NCBI GenBank assembly: GCA_963717065.1
Contig: CAVQVC010000001.1
Coordinates: forward strand, 2,385,001 to 2,449,000
Direction: 5' to 3'
Source: an uncultured Chloroflexia bacterium
GTDB taxonomy: Bacteria > Chloroflexota > Dehalococcoidia > SM23-28-2 > RBG-16-64-32
Length of the DNA: 64,000 nucleotides
Of this stretch, positions 1-8,585 are shown in pieces (the stretch's first letter is position 1; every line of letters starts with the position of its first letter). Below the pieces are notes generated by a model, which did no database searches, had not been told where the DNA came from, and worked only from the letters and a program-made list of their open reading frames with translations. The position numbers and the translations under genes are program-made.

Positions 1-281
1 AAGCCGCTGCGCTCGACCACCGCATCAAGATCGCAGATCATCGCCTCCATCGAGAAGTCGACCGCGCTCCGGTCGGACAGACCAGTTCCGCGCGAATCGT
101 AGTTAACGACGTGAAACCTGGCGGCAAGGGCTTCATTGATCAGGCGAAACATCTGAAAGTTCAGTTCAGCATGACTGAAACCAGGAGGCAGGATCGCGAT
201 AAACGGACGGCCTTCGCCAACCGTAGCGTAAGCGATGTTCACGCCGTCGCTCGTCTTTGCGTACTGTACCTGCGGTTCCAT
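1..281 (-). CDS. 5' fragment (runs off window) of a further alpha/beta-hydrolase-like/cyclase-family paralog
   Basis: Minus-strand translation from ATG at 281 reads MEPQVQYAKTSDGVNIAYATVGEGRPF...NYDSRGTGLSDRS, the same N-terminus as the three upstream genes. The start shares a TGATG stop/start junction with the preceding gene. Confidence 0.6.
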   Translation of the reverse strand, partial: MEPQVQYAKTSDGVNIAYATVGEGRPFIAILPPGFSHAELNFQMFRLINEALAARFHVVNYDSRGTGLSDRSAVDFSMEAMICDLDAVVERSG

Positions 282-1597
282 CACTCTACCTCCCGCACCG
301 CCCAGACGCGCACCGGCTCCCCCACGCCCTTGAGAGACTGCTCGCCGCGATCGTCGTAGGTGACCCCCGCCGACGTCCGCGCCAGGGAGCGAACTGTCTC
401 CGACACCAGCACCTCGCCCGGCGCCGACAGCCCGCTTATCCGCGAGGCGATGTTGACCGCGCCGCCGTAGACGTTGTTCTCCTCGCGGATCACGTCTCCG
501 GCGTGCAGCCCGAGGTGCAGCGGCAAGCCACAGTCGTACCCCGCCATTGCGCAGGCCAGCGCCGCCTCGATCGCCTGCCGCGCGCTCGTGAAGACGGCGA
601 GGACGCCGTCGCCCAGGAGCTTGCCTTCAATGGCGGTGCCGGCGTTGTCGCGGATGATCGTACGTAGCGCGCCGTCCAGATCGCGCGCCTTGTCGCGGAA
701 TGCAGCGTCGCCCAGGCGCTCCGTAAGCACGGTGGAGTCGACAATGTCGGCGAAGAGGATGACGGCGGTGCCGGAGGGAATTTCGCGTGTAGGGGTGGAT
801 TCGGCGACTCGGCCATTGATGAAGTCCCTGGCGCGTTGCACAATAATGTCTGCGTTCTCCGGCCACTTTCCTTCGATGACCAGGAGTTGGGCATCAGGTA
901 TGCGAGCAACCAGGTCCTTGGCCGAGTCCACAGGGACGAACTGAAGGTCACTTTGGTTTATCACCAATGTCGGTGCGGTGACGGACCGGGCCATCTCAGA
1001 GGCATCCCAGGTTGCGAACGTCTCTGCGCTCTCGAAGTACTCAGGCCCGATGCACTTCCGGATGAATTCGCCATGGACCTTATTTGGATCTTGACCGGCT
1101 CCGAACGCCACCGCCCCGATCGCCTCCGTGGCGACTAGCCAGTCAAGCTTCGCCGCGGCCAGGAGCGCTCGCACCTGCTGCGTTCCCAGTAATTCGCTGG
1201 GCCGCGAGAACCCGTTCTGGATCACCATCCGACTGACCTGATGCGGGTGGCGCGCAGCGAAGGCGATCGCCGGCGGCGTCGCCAACTGGAGCGCGAACAG
1301 TGCGAATTGCTCGAACCCCGATCGCTGGACAACTGCCTCGATATCCAGGACCTGTTCGTCCAGGGTCTGTGCCACCACTCGATCTGAGAGGCCGCAACCC
1401 CGGAAGTCGAAGCGAATCAGCGTGTTGCTGTGAGCATGATCGCGTAGTACGCGCCCGCCCACGGGATGCGACCATTCGAGTTGCACATGGCTGATCAGTG
1501 GGTCAACACAGTAGAGCATTGGGGGCCCTTCGCCCGTAACGGTGTAGGCGATACGGATGCCGTCGGTGGTCATGCAATAGCGGACCTCGGGTTCCAT
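281..1597 (-). CDS. alpha/beta-hydrolase-like domain fused to class III adenylate/guanylate cyclase domain (K-type paralog)
   Basis: ORF 281..1600. N-half has hydrolase-fold motifs (FDFRGCGLSDR, ARHPHQVSRMVI). C-half has cyclase motifs ILFADIVDST, EGKLLGDGVLAVF, NVYGGAVNIASR. ATG at 1597 overlaps the upstream stop (TGATG). Confidence 0.85.
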   Translation of the reverse strand: MEPEVRYCMTTDGIRIAYTVTGEGPPMLYCVDPLISHVQLEWSHPVGGRVLRDHAHSNTLIRFDFRGCGLSDRVVAQTLDEQVLDIEAVVQRSGFEQFALFALQLATPPAIAFAARHPHQVSRMVIQNGFSRPSELLGTQQVRALLAAAKLDWLVATEAIGAVAFGAGQDPNKVHGEFIRKCIGPEYFESAETFATWDASEMARSVTAPTLVINQSDLQFVPVDSAKDLVARIPDAQLLVIEGKWPENADIIVQRARDFINGRVAESTPTREIPSGTAVILFADIVDSTVLTERLGDAAFRDKARDLDGALRTIIRDNAGTAIEGKLLGDGVLAVFTSARQAIEAALACAMAGYDCGLPLHLGLHAGDVIREENNVYGGAVNIASRISGLSAPGEVLVSETVRSLARTSAGVTYDDRGEQSLKGVGEPVRVWAVREVE

Positions 1598-2889
1598 CAC
1601 TCACCGCCCTCCCGCACAGCCCACACCCGCACCTCCTCGCCCACCCCCTTCAACGCCTGCTCCCCCCGGTCCTCGAACTCCACCCCCGCCGACGTCCGCG
1701 CCAGCGACCGCACCGTCTCCGACACCAGCACCTCCCCCGGCGCCGAGAGCCCGCTGATCCGCGAGGCGATGTTGACTGCGCCGCCGTAAACGTTATTCTC
1801 CTCGCGAATCACGTCCCCTGCGTGCAGCCCCAGGTGCAACGGTAGCCCGCCATCATCACCCGCTTGGCCGCAGGCGAGTGCTGCCTCAATCGCCTGCCGC
1901 GCGCTGGTGAAGACCGCGAGCACCCCGTCGCCCAGCAGCTTGCCCTCGATGGGTGTGCCGGCGTTGTCACGGATGATCGCCCGCAGCGCGCCGTCCAGCT
2001 TCCGCGCCTGCGCGCGGAAGGCGTCGTCGCCGTGCCGCTCGGTGAGGGCGGTGGAGTCGACGATGTCGGCGAACAGGATGATAGCGGTGCCGGCGGGGAG
2101 CTCGGCATCTCGTGGTCGAGGCGGTCCGCCTCCCGTGCTCGCCAGGAAGCGCGCAATCGCGGGAACGGCCCCAAGGGCGGTGTCGATTTCCGCGAACCGG
2201 CCATCGGGCATCTGCGCAGCCACGCTCCGGGCGGCTGGGCCGTCGGCGTGGCGGTCGCTCAAGTCGTGCAGGACCAGCGCAGGCATCGGGAGGCCCGTGA
2301 GCAGTTCGCTGACGTCAGCCTCCTGCGACTGCTTTCCGATTGCCTGCAACTGTTGGGGCTTGACCGACTCTTTGAAGAGCGAAGTTAGCCCTATGTTCTC
2401 AACCCCGTAGAAGCTGCGAATGATCGTTTCTGAAGCGAGGTCCCAGTCGAGCTGCGCGAGGTCGGCGAGCCTGTCCAATATCTCGTTTCGCCCCCTCGAA
2501 AAGTTGGCCAGGAGAATCAGGTGAGAGACGTTTTCCGGGTGCACCGAAGCATACTTGATCGCGATGCGGCTGGCGATGGCGACTCCGAGCAGAATGACGG
2601 GGCCAGTCTTTTCTTTCTCCAGGACGGCTTCAACGTCCCGGACCAGGCAGTCGAGCGAGAAGTCAGTGATCTCGCGGTCGGAAAGGCCGAATCCGCGCGG
2701 ATCCAGGCGTACCAGGGTAAAGAACCGCGCTGTCCCGTCGAGCGCGTTGCGCATTCCGTCGAGGCGCCTCTCTGCCAGCAGGTGAGACTGCGGCGCGGAC
2801 AGCCAGACCAAAGGTCGTCCGCTGCCCATCGTGTAGTAAGCGATGTTCACGCCATCGCTCGTCCTCGCGTACCTTACCTGCGGTTCCAT
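1597..2889 (-). CDS. alpha/beta-hydrolase-like domain fused to class III cyclase domain (K-type paralog)
   Basis: ORF 1597..2919. The conserved MEPQVRY start at 2889 overlaps the upstream stop (TGATG). Same two-domain plan; ILFADIVDST, EGKLLGDGVLAVF, NVYGGAVNIASR. Confidence 0.85.
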   Translation of the reverse strand: MEPQVRYARTSDGVNIAYYTMGSGRPLVWLSAPQSHLLAERRLDGMRNALDGTARFFTLVRLDPRGFGLSDREITDFSLDCLVRDVEAVLEKEKTGPVILLGVAIASRIAIKYASVHPENVSHLILLANFSRGRNEILDRLADLAQLDWDLASETIIRSFYGVENIGLTSLFKESVKPQQLQAIGKQSQEADVSELLTGLPMPALVLHDLSDRHADGPAARSVAAQMPDGRFAEIDTALGAVPAIARFLASTGGGPPRPRDAELPAGTAIILFADIVDSTALTERHGDDAFRAQARKLDGALRAIIRDNAGTPIEGKLLGDGVLAVFTSARQAIEAALACGQAGDDGGLPLHLGLHAGDVIREENNVYGGAVNIASRISGLSAPGEVLVSETVRSLARTSAGVEFEDRGEQALKGVGEEVRVWAVREGGE

Positions 2890-4247
2890 CAGTCGCCGTT
2901 CCCCTGGACCACTGCCCACACCCGCACCGGCTCTCCGACGCCTTTCAGCGACTGCTCGCCGCGGTCCTCGAACGCCACCCCCGCCGACGTCCGCGCCAGC
3001 GAACGCACCGTTTCAGACACCAGCACCTCGCCCGGCGCCGACAGCCCGCTGATCCGCGACGCGATGTTGACGGCGCCGCCGTAAACGTTGTCGCGCCCGT
3101 CCGGGTCTTTCTCGCGCGTAACGTCGCCGGCATGGAGGCCGAGGTGCAGGGGTAGGCCGGCGTCATCGCCGGCCTTGCCGCAGCGTCGCGCCGCTTCGAT
3201 CGCCTCTCGCGCGGACGTGAACATCGCCAGGACTCCGTCGCCCAGCGTCGGTCCCTCAACGGAAGTCCCCCCACACCCGCGGATCACCGCCCGCAGCGCG
3301 CCGCCGAGCTCGCGCGCCTTCTCGCGAAAGGCGGCGTCCCCAAGCCGCTCGGTGAGCGCGGTGGACTCGGCGATGTCGGCGAAGAGGATAACGGCGGTGC
3401 CTGACGGAAGGTCCGGTAGCGCGGCGGTGGGCGCGTCTCCCTCTGCGAGGAACGCTTCCAGTGCCGCCGTACCCGGCTCGCTCTGATACGGCGCAACGAA
3501 CGTCTCGCCGAGGTGGAGGAGTCGTGCGTCAGGAATGCCAGACGCCAGGGTCCGCGTCTGTTCCAGGCCGAAGGACTGGGGAGTTAAGCCGCCCTGGTGT
3601 AGCACCAGCGCAGGCGCCCTGACGAGGGGTAAGATGCCTGCGATTCCTTCTTTCGGAAGACTCTTCATCGTTGCTACGAAGTCCTCTGGATCCGTGCTGT
3701 CGCGTATGAAGCCAGCCCACCAGTGGGCCTCGCTGCCGGGAGTCCATCCCAGGTAGACGTGAGCAAACGTCTCGGCGAAGAGCCCCCAGTCTCGTTCCGC
3801 CAGCCCGACGAGCGTCGCGTATCTTTCGTCCGCCACGAATGCGTTCGTGGCCATCGCCGCCCACAATACCAACCGCTCCACGCGATCGGGATGTGCCACC
3901 GCCAGCTGGACCATGTTTTGCGCGGGACCATAGAAGCCCAGCAAACTCGCGCGCTCCAGGCTGAGTCTGTCGATCACCGCCAGGACATCGGTAGACCTTA
4001 CGGACTGATCGCTCACAGCACATCCTCGCTGCGACAACCCCATATTTCGCAGGTCGAGGCGGACGAGCATGCGTTTCTTCGCCAGGCGCTCATACCACGC
4101 GCGTATTAAAGGTTCCTCCAGCTCCCGTGTCAGGTGTCCGAACAGAAGCGGAGAGAGCATGACGAGAGGAGTCCCGCCGCTGCCCATGGTCCAATACGCG
4201 ATGCTCACGCCATCGCTCGACTGCGCGTACTGGACCTGCGGCTCCAT
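2889..4247 (-). CDS. alpha/beta-hydrolase-like domain fused to class III cyclase domain (PT-type paralog)
   Basis: ORF 452 aa. Same plan, but the cyclase half reads EGPTLGDGVLAMF (Lys position replaced) and carries an extra KDPDGRD segment before NVYGGAVNIASR. Confidence 0.85.
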   Translation of the reverse strand: MEPQVQYAQSSDGVSIAYWTMGSGGTPLVMLSPLLFGHLTRELEEPLIRAWYERLAKKRMLVRLDLRNMGLSQRGCAVSDQSVRSTDVLAVIDRLSLERASLLGFYGPAQNMVQLAVAHPDRVERLVLWAAMATNAFVADERYATLVGLAERDWGLFAETFAHVYLGWTPGSEAHWWAGFIRDSTDPEDFVATMKSLPKEGIAGILPLVRAPALVLHQGGLTPQSFGLEQTRTLASGIPDARLLHLGETFVAPYQSEPGTAALEAFLAEGDAPTAALPDLPSGTAVILFADIAESTALTERLGDAAFREKARELGGALRAVIRGCGGTSVEGPTLGDGVLAMFTSAREAIEAARRCGKAGDDAGLPLHLGLHAGDVTREKDPDGRDNVYGGAVNIASRISGLSAPGEVLVSETVRSLARTSAGVAFEDRGEQSLKGVGEPVRVWAVVQGNGD

Positions 4248-4255
4248 GCTGCCGC

Positions 4256-4263
4256 TATTCTAC
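4256..4263 (-). promoter_or_regulatory. GTAGAATA box 9 nt upstream of the first ATG of the left cyclase array (possible -10 element, near-leaderless)
   Basis: Minus strand reads cgcGTAGAATAgcggcagcATGGAGCCGC. The same box at the same spacing precedes the right array at 34385..34392. No Shine-Dalgarno in the spacer. Confidence 0.25.
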
Positions 4264-4267
4264 GCGG

Positions 4268-5680
4268 TCAGGCAGGCGTCTGGTTAGCCGCGAGACGTGG
4301 GCGCCGCGTGTGCCAGTCCGTTGCTCCCTGGTAGGCGTGTGCTGCGCGCAGCACCGTCGCCTCGTCCCACCAGCGCCCCGCCAGCTGGAGGCCGATGGGT
4401 AGGCCGCCCTGTGTGAACCCGCAGGGGAGCGAGATCGCCGGGACGCCGAGCAGGTTCAACGGGTTGGTGTTGCGGATCAGGCGGAACGTCGCTTGCAGGT
4501 CACCGGCTTCGATCAACGGCGCCGTTATCATCGTCGTCGGCATGGCCAGCAGATCGACGCTCCCAAACACGTCGTCCCGCCACTCGCTCACGATCATCTC
4601 CCGGAAGCGCTGCGCCTGCACGTACTGGACCGCCGAGTAGCTCGCGCCCAGCTCCAGACGGTAGCGGACGTCGTCTCCGTAGTCACCGGCGCGCTCCGCC
4701 ATCCAGCGCTGGTGGTAGGCGAGAGCCTCCGGCAGCATCATCGCGCTGAGTGCCGCCGGCGCCTCGGCGATGTGCGGGAGCGACACCTCACTCAACTCGG
4801 CGCCGAGGCTCTCCAGCGTCCCGATGGCGGCCCGCACCGCGCTTTCCACCTCCGGATCGAGCGACTCGAAGAAGAACTGGCGCGGGATGCCGATGCGCAT
4901 CCCCCTGGCGCCGCCGCCCAGCGCTGCCGCGTAGTCCGGCACCGGCTCGTCCGCCGAAGATGGGTCTTCCGGATCGTGTCCCGCGACCGCTTGCAGCACG
5001 ATCGCGCAGTCCTCGGCTGTCCGCGCCATCGGGCCAACGTGGTCCAGCGACCAGCTTAACGGCAGGACACCGCGCCGCGTAACCCGGCCGAATGTTGGCT
5101 TGAGGCCGGTAATCCCGCACAACGAGGCCGGAATGCGGATGCTGCCGCCGGTGTCTGTGCCCAGTGCAGCCAGGCACTCGCCGGCGGCCACGGACGCACC
5201 TGACCCCGAGCTCGAACCACCCGTGACGCGCTCGGTGTCCCAGGGGTTGCGGGCCGGGCCATAGTGCGGATTCACGCCCGTCGCTCCGCAGGCGAACTCG
5301 TGCAGGTTCAGCTTGCCCAGGAGGACGGCGCCGGCCGCCTTCAAGCGTTCGACGGCCCCCGAATCTGCATCCGGCACGTAGCCCGACAGGATCTTGGAGC
5401 CGGACGTCGTGCGTATGCCCGCCGTGTCGAACAGGTCCTTGACCGCGAGGGGTATGCCGTGCAACGGGCCCCGGTACGTCCCGCCCTTGATTTCCTTGTC
5501 CGCGCCTCTCGCGGTCGCCAGGGCTTCTTCTCCGGTGACCGTGATAAAGGCGTTCACCGCCGGCTCGATGGCCTTGATTCGGTCAAGGTAGGCTTCGGTG
5601 AGGGCCACAGCGGACAATTCGCCACGCTGGATGAGACGCGCCGCCTCCGCGAGTGTCAGGACTGACAGATCGGCGCTCAC
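4268..5680 (-). CDS. amidase-signature family amidase (GatA/AtzE-like)
   Basis: 470-aa ORF with GGSSSGSGASVAAG amidase signature and the KDLFD...GxxTTxGS region. Confidence 0.85.
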   Translation of the reverse strand: MSADLSVLTLAEAARLIQRGELSAVALTEAYLDRIKAIEPAVNAFITVTGEEALATARGADKEIKGGTYRGPLHGIPLAVKDLFDTAGIRTTSGSKILSGYVPDADSGAVERLKAAGAVLLGKLNLHEFACGATGVNPHYGPARNPWDTERVTGGSSSGSGASVAAGECLAALGTDTGGSIRIPASLCGITGLKPTFGRVTRRGVLPLSWSLDHVGPMARTAEDCAIVLQAVAGHDPEDPSSADEPVPDYAAALGGGARGMRIGIPRQFFFESLDPEVESAVRAAIGTLESLGAELSEVSLPHIAEAPAALSAMMLPEALAYHQRWMAERAGDYGDDVRYRLELGASYSAVQYVQAQRFREMIVSEWRDDVFGSVDLLAMPTTMITAPLIEAGDLQATFRLIRNTNPLNLLGVPAISLPCGFTQGGLPIGLQLAGRWWDEATVLRAAHAYQGATDWHTRRPRLAANQTPA

Positions 5681-5880
5681 GCTTGCGCCCGTGGCGCCCG
5701 GAAGCGGGGCGCGGGTTCAATTGACCCGTAGTCAATCTCGACCACGGGCCGCGTCAGCTCATGATTGCGCGCCAACGAGGCCGCGAAGACCTCAATGCGG
5801 TCGTCCGGGACCTCGATTCCGGCTGCCGCGGCGAAGCGACGGCCGGATACCCCCATCTGGTGGCTGTCTGACGTTGCCAT
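5677..5880 (-). CDS. small amidase-associated protein (DUF4089/AtzG/GatC-like)
   Basis: Small ORF whose stop overlaps the amidase start (ATGA). C-terminal ...ELTRPVVEIDYGSIEPAPRF resembles the EPAPVF ending of DUF4089. Start chosen at the internal ATG 5880. Confidence 0.4.
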   Translation of the reverse strand: MATSDSHQMGVSGRRFAAAAGIEVPDDRIEVFAASLARNHELTRPVVEIDYGSIEPAPRFRAPRAQA

Positions 5881-5952
5881 TGGCTGCGCTAATCTACCAA
5901 GACCGCCGTCCTCGAGCAAACGGGTGTATGGGTTGAGTCAAGGTACGCAGGG

Positions 5953-6747
5953 CTACAGCTCGACGTATCCCACGTCGCGGACCGGGCGTCGCAACAGCGT
6001 CGTCGCCACGCGGCCGAACAACTTCGGGTCGCCCGTTGTGTAGAAGCGGTAATCGGGCTTCTCGTTCTGGCCCAGCGCGTCGCGCTCGCGCAGCACTTCA
6101 CGGGTGCGGCGCGCGACCGGACGCGAGGGGTCAAAGACGCGGACCCGCGGGCCAAGCATCCGTTTGATCCGGGCGCGCAGGAACGGATAGTGCGTGCAGC
6201 CCAGACCAACTACGTCGGCGCGGCTTCCGGCCACCGGCGCTAGGTGCCGCTCAAGGAGCGCCGTAGTCTGCCGTGTTCGCAACTCTCCCGCCTCGACCAC
6301 GTTCTCCAGCCCGTCGCACCCGACGTTGATCACGTCTTTGTCGGCGGCGAACTCGCGGATCAAGCCGTCGAGGTAGGGGCTGGCAGAGGTGGCCGGCGTG
6401 GAGAGAACGGCGATGGTGCCAGTGCGCGTCCGCCGCGCCAGCGTCTTCACCACGGGGACCACGCCGACGAATGGTATCTCCGGGAAGGTCTCGCGCAGGT
6501 GCCCGATCGCGTGCACCGTTGCGGTGTTGCAGGCCACGACGATAATCTTGCTGTCTTCGCCGAGCAGAAAACGCGTGATTCGGCTGGTAAGGTCATGCAG
6601 TTCAGGACTGGACTTCTCGCCGTAGGGGACGTGCCCGCTGTCTGCGAAGAAGATCATGTTCTCCCCGGGCAGGAGCCGTCGCGTCGCGCGCCAGATAGAG
6701 AGGCCGCCGACGCCGGAGTCGAACATGCCTATGGGGCGATTGTCCAT
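5953..6747 (-). CDS. murI: glutamate racemase
   Basis: 264 aa; FDSGVGGLS, VVACNTA and GCTHYP catalytic-Cys motifs. Confidence 0.9.
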   Translation of the reverse strand: MDNRPIGMFDSGVGGLSIWRATRRLLPGENMIFFADSGHVPYGEKSSPELHDLTSRITRFLLGEDSKIIVVACNTATVHAIGHLRETFPEIPFVGVVPVVKTLARRTRTGTIAVLSTPATSASPYLDGLIREFAADKDVINVGCDGLENVVEAGELRTRQTTALLERHLAPVAGSRADVVGLGCTHYPFLRARIKRMLGPRVRVFDPSRPVARRTREVLRERDALGQNEKPDYRFYTTGDPKLFGRVATTLLRRPVRDVGYVEL

Positions 6748-6893
6748 TGCTTCCTCGCTTCCGCTCTCGTGCCAACGGCAGGATACCCTGTACGGCCGTC
6801 AATCTAGACAACGCAGACGCCTCTCCGTGGGTTGCGGCTGACAATCTGATCCGTGACACAGCGGCGAACGTAACCTCATAATGGAACAACCCC

Positions 6894-7586
6894 ATGCGTT
6901 ACGTCTCGCGTTGCTTCTTGCTCGTCCTGCCCGTTGTCCTGATCTTGGCAGCGGCCTGCGGCAGCAGCGGCGACGACAACTCGTCCAGCGGGACATCGCC
7001 GACCGCCACATTGAGCCTGGCGGACGAAACCCCCGAGCCAACGGCCGTCACTAACTGTGCAACGTTGCCAACCCCCACCCCGCCTGTGCCGACACCACCG
7101 GAGGTCCAGATGAAGAGCTACCCCGAGGCGCCCCCGATGACTATCGACCCCGCGAAGAACTACCTGGCGCACATCTACACGGAGAGGGGTCATATCATCA
7201 TCAACCTGCGCCCGGACCTGGCGCCTCAACACGTGAACAGCTTCGTCTTCCTCGCCAATGACAAGTACTTCGACGGACTCAGCTTCCACCGGGTAATCCC
7301 CGGCTTTGTGGCGCAAACAGGTGATCCGACAGGCACGGGGTCGGGTGGCCCCGGTTACACGATACCCCTCGAGGCCAGCGACGTTCCGTTTGTGCGCGGA
7401 GTTGTGGGTATGGCCCGCACCAACGACCCCAACAGCGCCGGCAGCCAGTGGTTCATTACCCTGGGCGATGCGGCGCACCTCAACGGTTCCTACACCGTGT
7501 TCGGCGAGGTCGTGCAGGGACAGGAAATCGCCGACTGCATGCAGCAGGGCGACCGCATCGTTGAGGTCTCGATTACAGAGCTGTAG
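6894..7586 (+). CDS. cyclophilin-type peptidyl-prolyl isomerase, probable lipoprotein
   Basis: Lipobox-like LAAACGSS, then cyclophilin core ([42 protein letters not shown]). Confidence 0.85.
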   Translation: MRYVSRCFLLVLPVVLILAAACGSSGDDNSSSGTSPTATLSLADETPEPTAVTNCATLPTPTPPVPTPPEVQMKSYPEAPPMTIDPAKNYLAHIYTERGHIIINLRPDLAPQHVNSFVFLANDKYFDGLSFHRVIPGFVAQTGDPTGTGSGGPGYTIPLEASDVPFVRGVVGMARTNDPNSAGSQWFITLGDAAHLNGSYTVFGEVVQGQEIADCMQQGDRIVEVSITEL

Positions 7587-8499
7587 GGTCGCTGACCGAC
7601 CGCAAGGCTATGCGGTCCACCTGTCGTTCCGCGTGATACGACGACCGCACTAACGGGCCCGCTTCCACGTGCTTGAACCCCAGCGCGAGTGCGTCCGCCC
7701 GTAGCTCCGCGAACTCATCCGGGTGGTAGTAGCGCACGAGCGGCAGGTGCTTCTGGCTCGGGCGGAGGTACTGCCCGAGCGTCAGCACGTCGACACCGTT
7801 GTCCACGAGAGCCGCGAAGGCCATGAGCATCTCATGCTTGGTCTCTCCGAGTCCGACCATCATCCCGCTCTTGGTGATCGCACCTGGGTCCAGCTCCTTC
7901 GCGCGCCGCAGCAACTCGAGAGACTGCTCGAAGCGGGCCTTGGGCCGGACGCGGCGATAGAGGCGCGGAACCGTTTCCGTGTTGTGGTTCAGGATCTCCG
8001 GCTGCGCGCTCATCACCGTCGCCAGGGCGTCCCGGTTGCCTTCGAAATCCGGGATCAGCACCTCGATTGAGGTGCCCGGGGAAAGGCGGCGGATCCAGCG
8101 AATCGTCTGCGCGAACATCTCGGCGCCTCCGTCCGGCTCGTCATCCCTGTTCACAGACGTCACCACGGCGTGCGTCAGACCCATCTGACGCACCGCCTGG
8201 GCGACCCGCATCGGCTCCAGCCGGTCGAGCACCAGTGGCCGCCCCGTCTTGACCGCGCAGAACCCACAGGCGCGAGTGCAGGTGTCGCCTAGAATCATGA
8301 ACGTCGCTGTGCCGGCCTCCCAGCACTCGCCGATGTTGGGGCAGTGGGCCTCCTCGCAAACCGTATGGAGGGTCCCGTCCCGCATGACCTTCTTCAGCCG
8401 CAGGTAGTTCTCGCCGCCCGGGAATCGCACCTTCAGCCAGGGCGGCTTTCGCCCGCCCCCCGGCGCGCTTCCGGGACCGGGCAAAGAGGTGGGTGTCAC
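7573..8499 (-). CDS. lipA: lipoyl synthase
   Basis: [13 protein letters not shown] and radical-SAM [10 protein letters not shown] cysteine clusters; 308 aa. Confidence 0.92.
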   Translation of the reverse strand: MTPTSLPGPGSAPGGGRKPPWLKVRFPGGENYLRLKKVMRDGTLHTVCEEAHCPNIGECWEAGTATFMILGDTCTRACGFCAVKTGRPLVLDRLEPMRVAQAVRQMGLTHAVVTSVNRDDEPDGGAEMFAQTIRWIRRLSPGTSIEVLIPDFEGNRDALATVMSAQPEILNHNTETVPRLYRRVRPKARFEQSLELLRRAKELDPGAITKSGMMVGLGETKHEMLMAFAALVDNGVDVLTLGQYLRPSQKHLPLVRYYHPDEFAELRADALALGFKHVEAGPLVRSSYHAERQVDRIALRSVSDPTAL

Positions 8500-8585
8500 G
8501 TGTCCATTTTAGCCCAACCAGCAGGTCAGGCGTCGTGGGTTTTTGCGCTGCCGGACGCGAATTGCGTACCATTGACGATATTCCC

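Noticed and set aside
1-4247. Cyclase arrays as Pycsar/CBASS-type antiphage signalling systems
   Set aside because: There is no adjacent effector: no cNMP-binding TM/TIR protein, patatin or endonuclease. The cyclases are fused to large hydrolase-like sensor domains and repeated as paralogs, unlike the compact two-gene Pycsar layout. I kept them as signalling paralogs instead.
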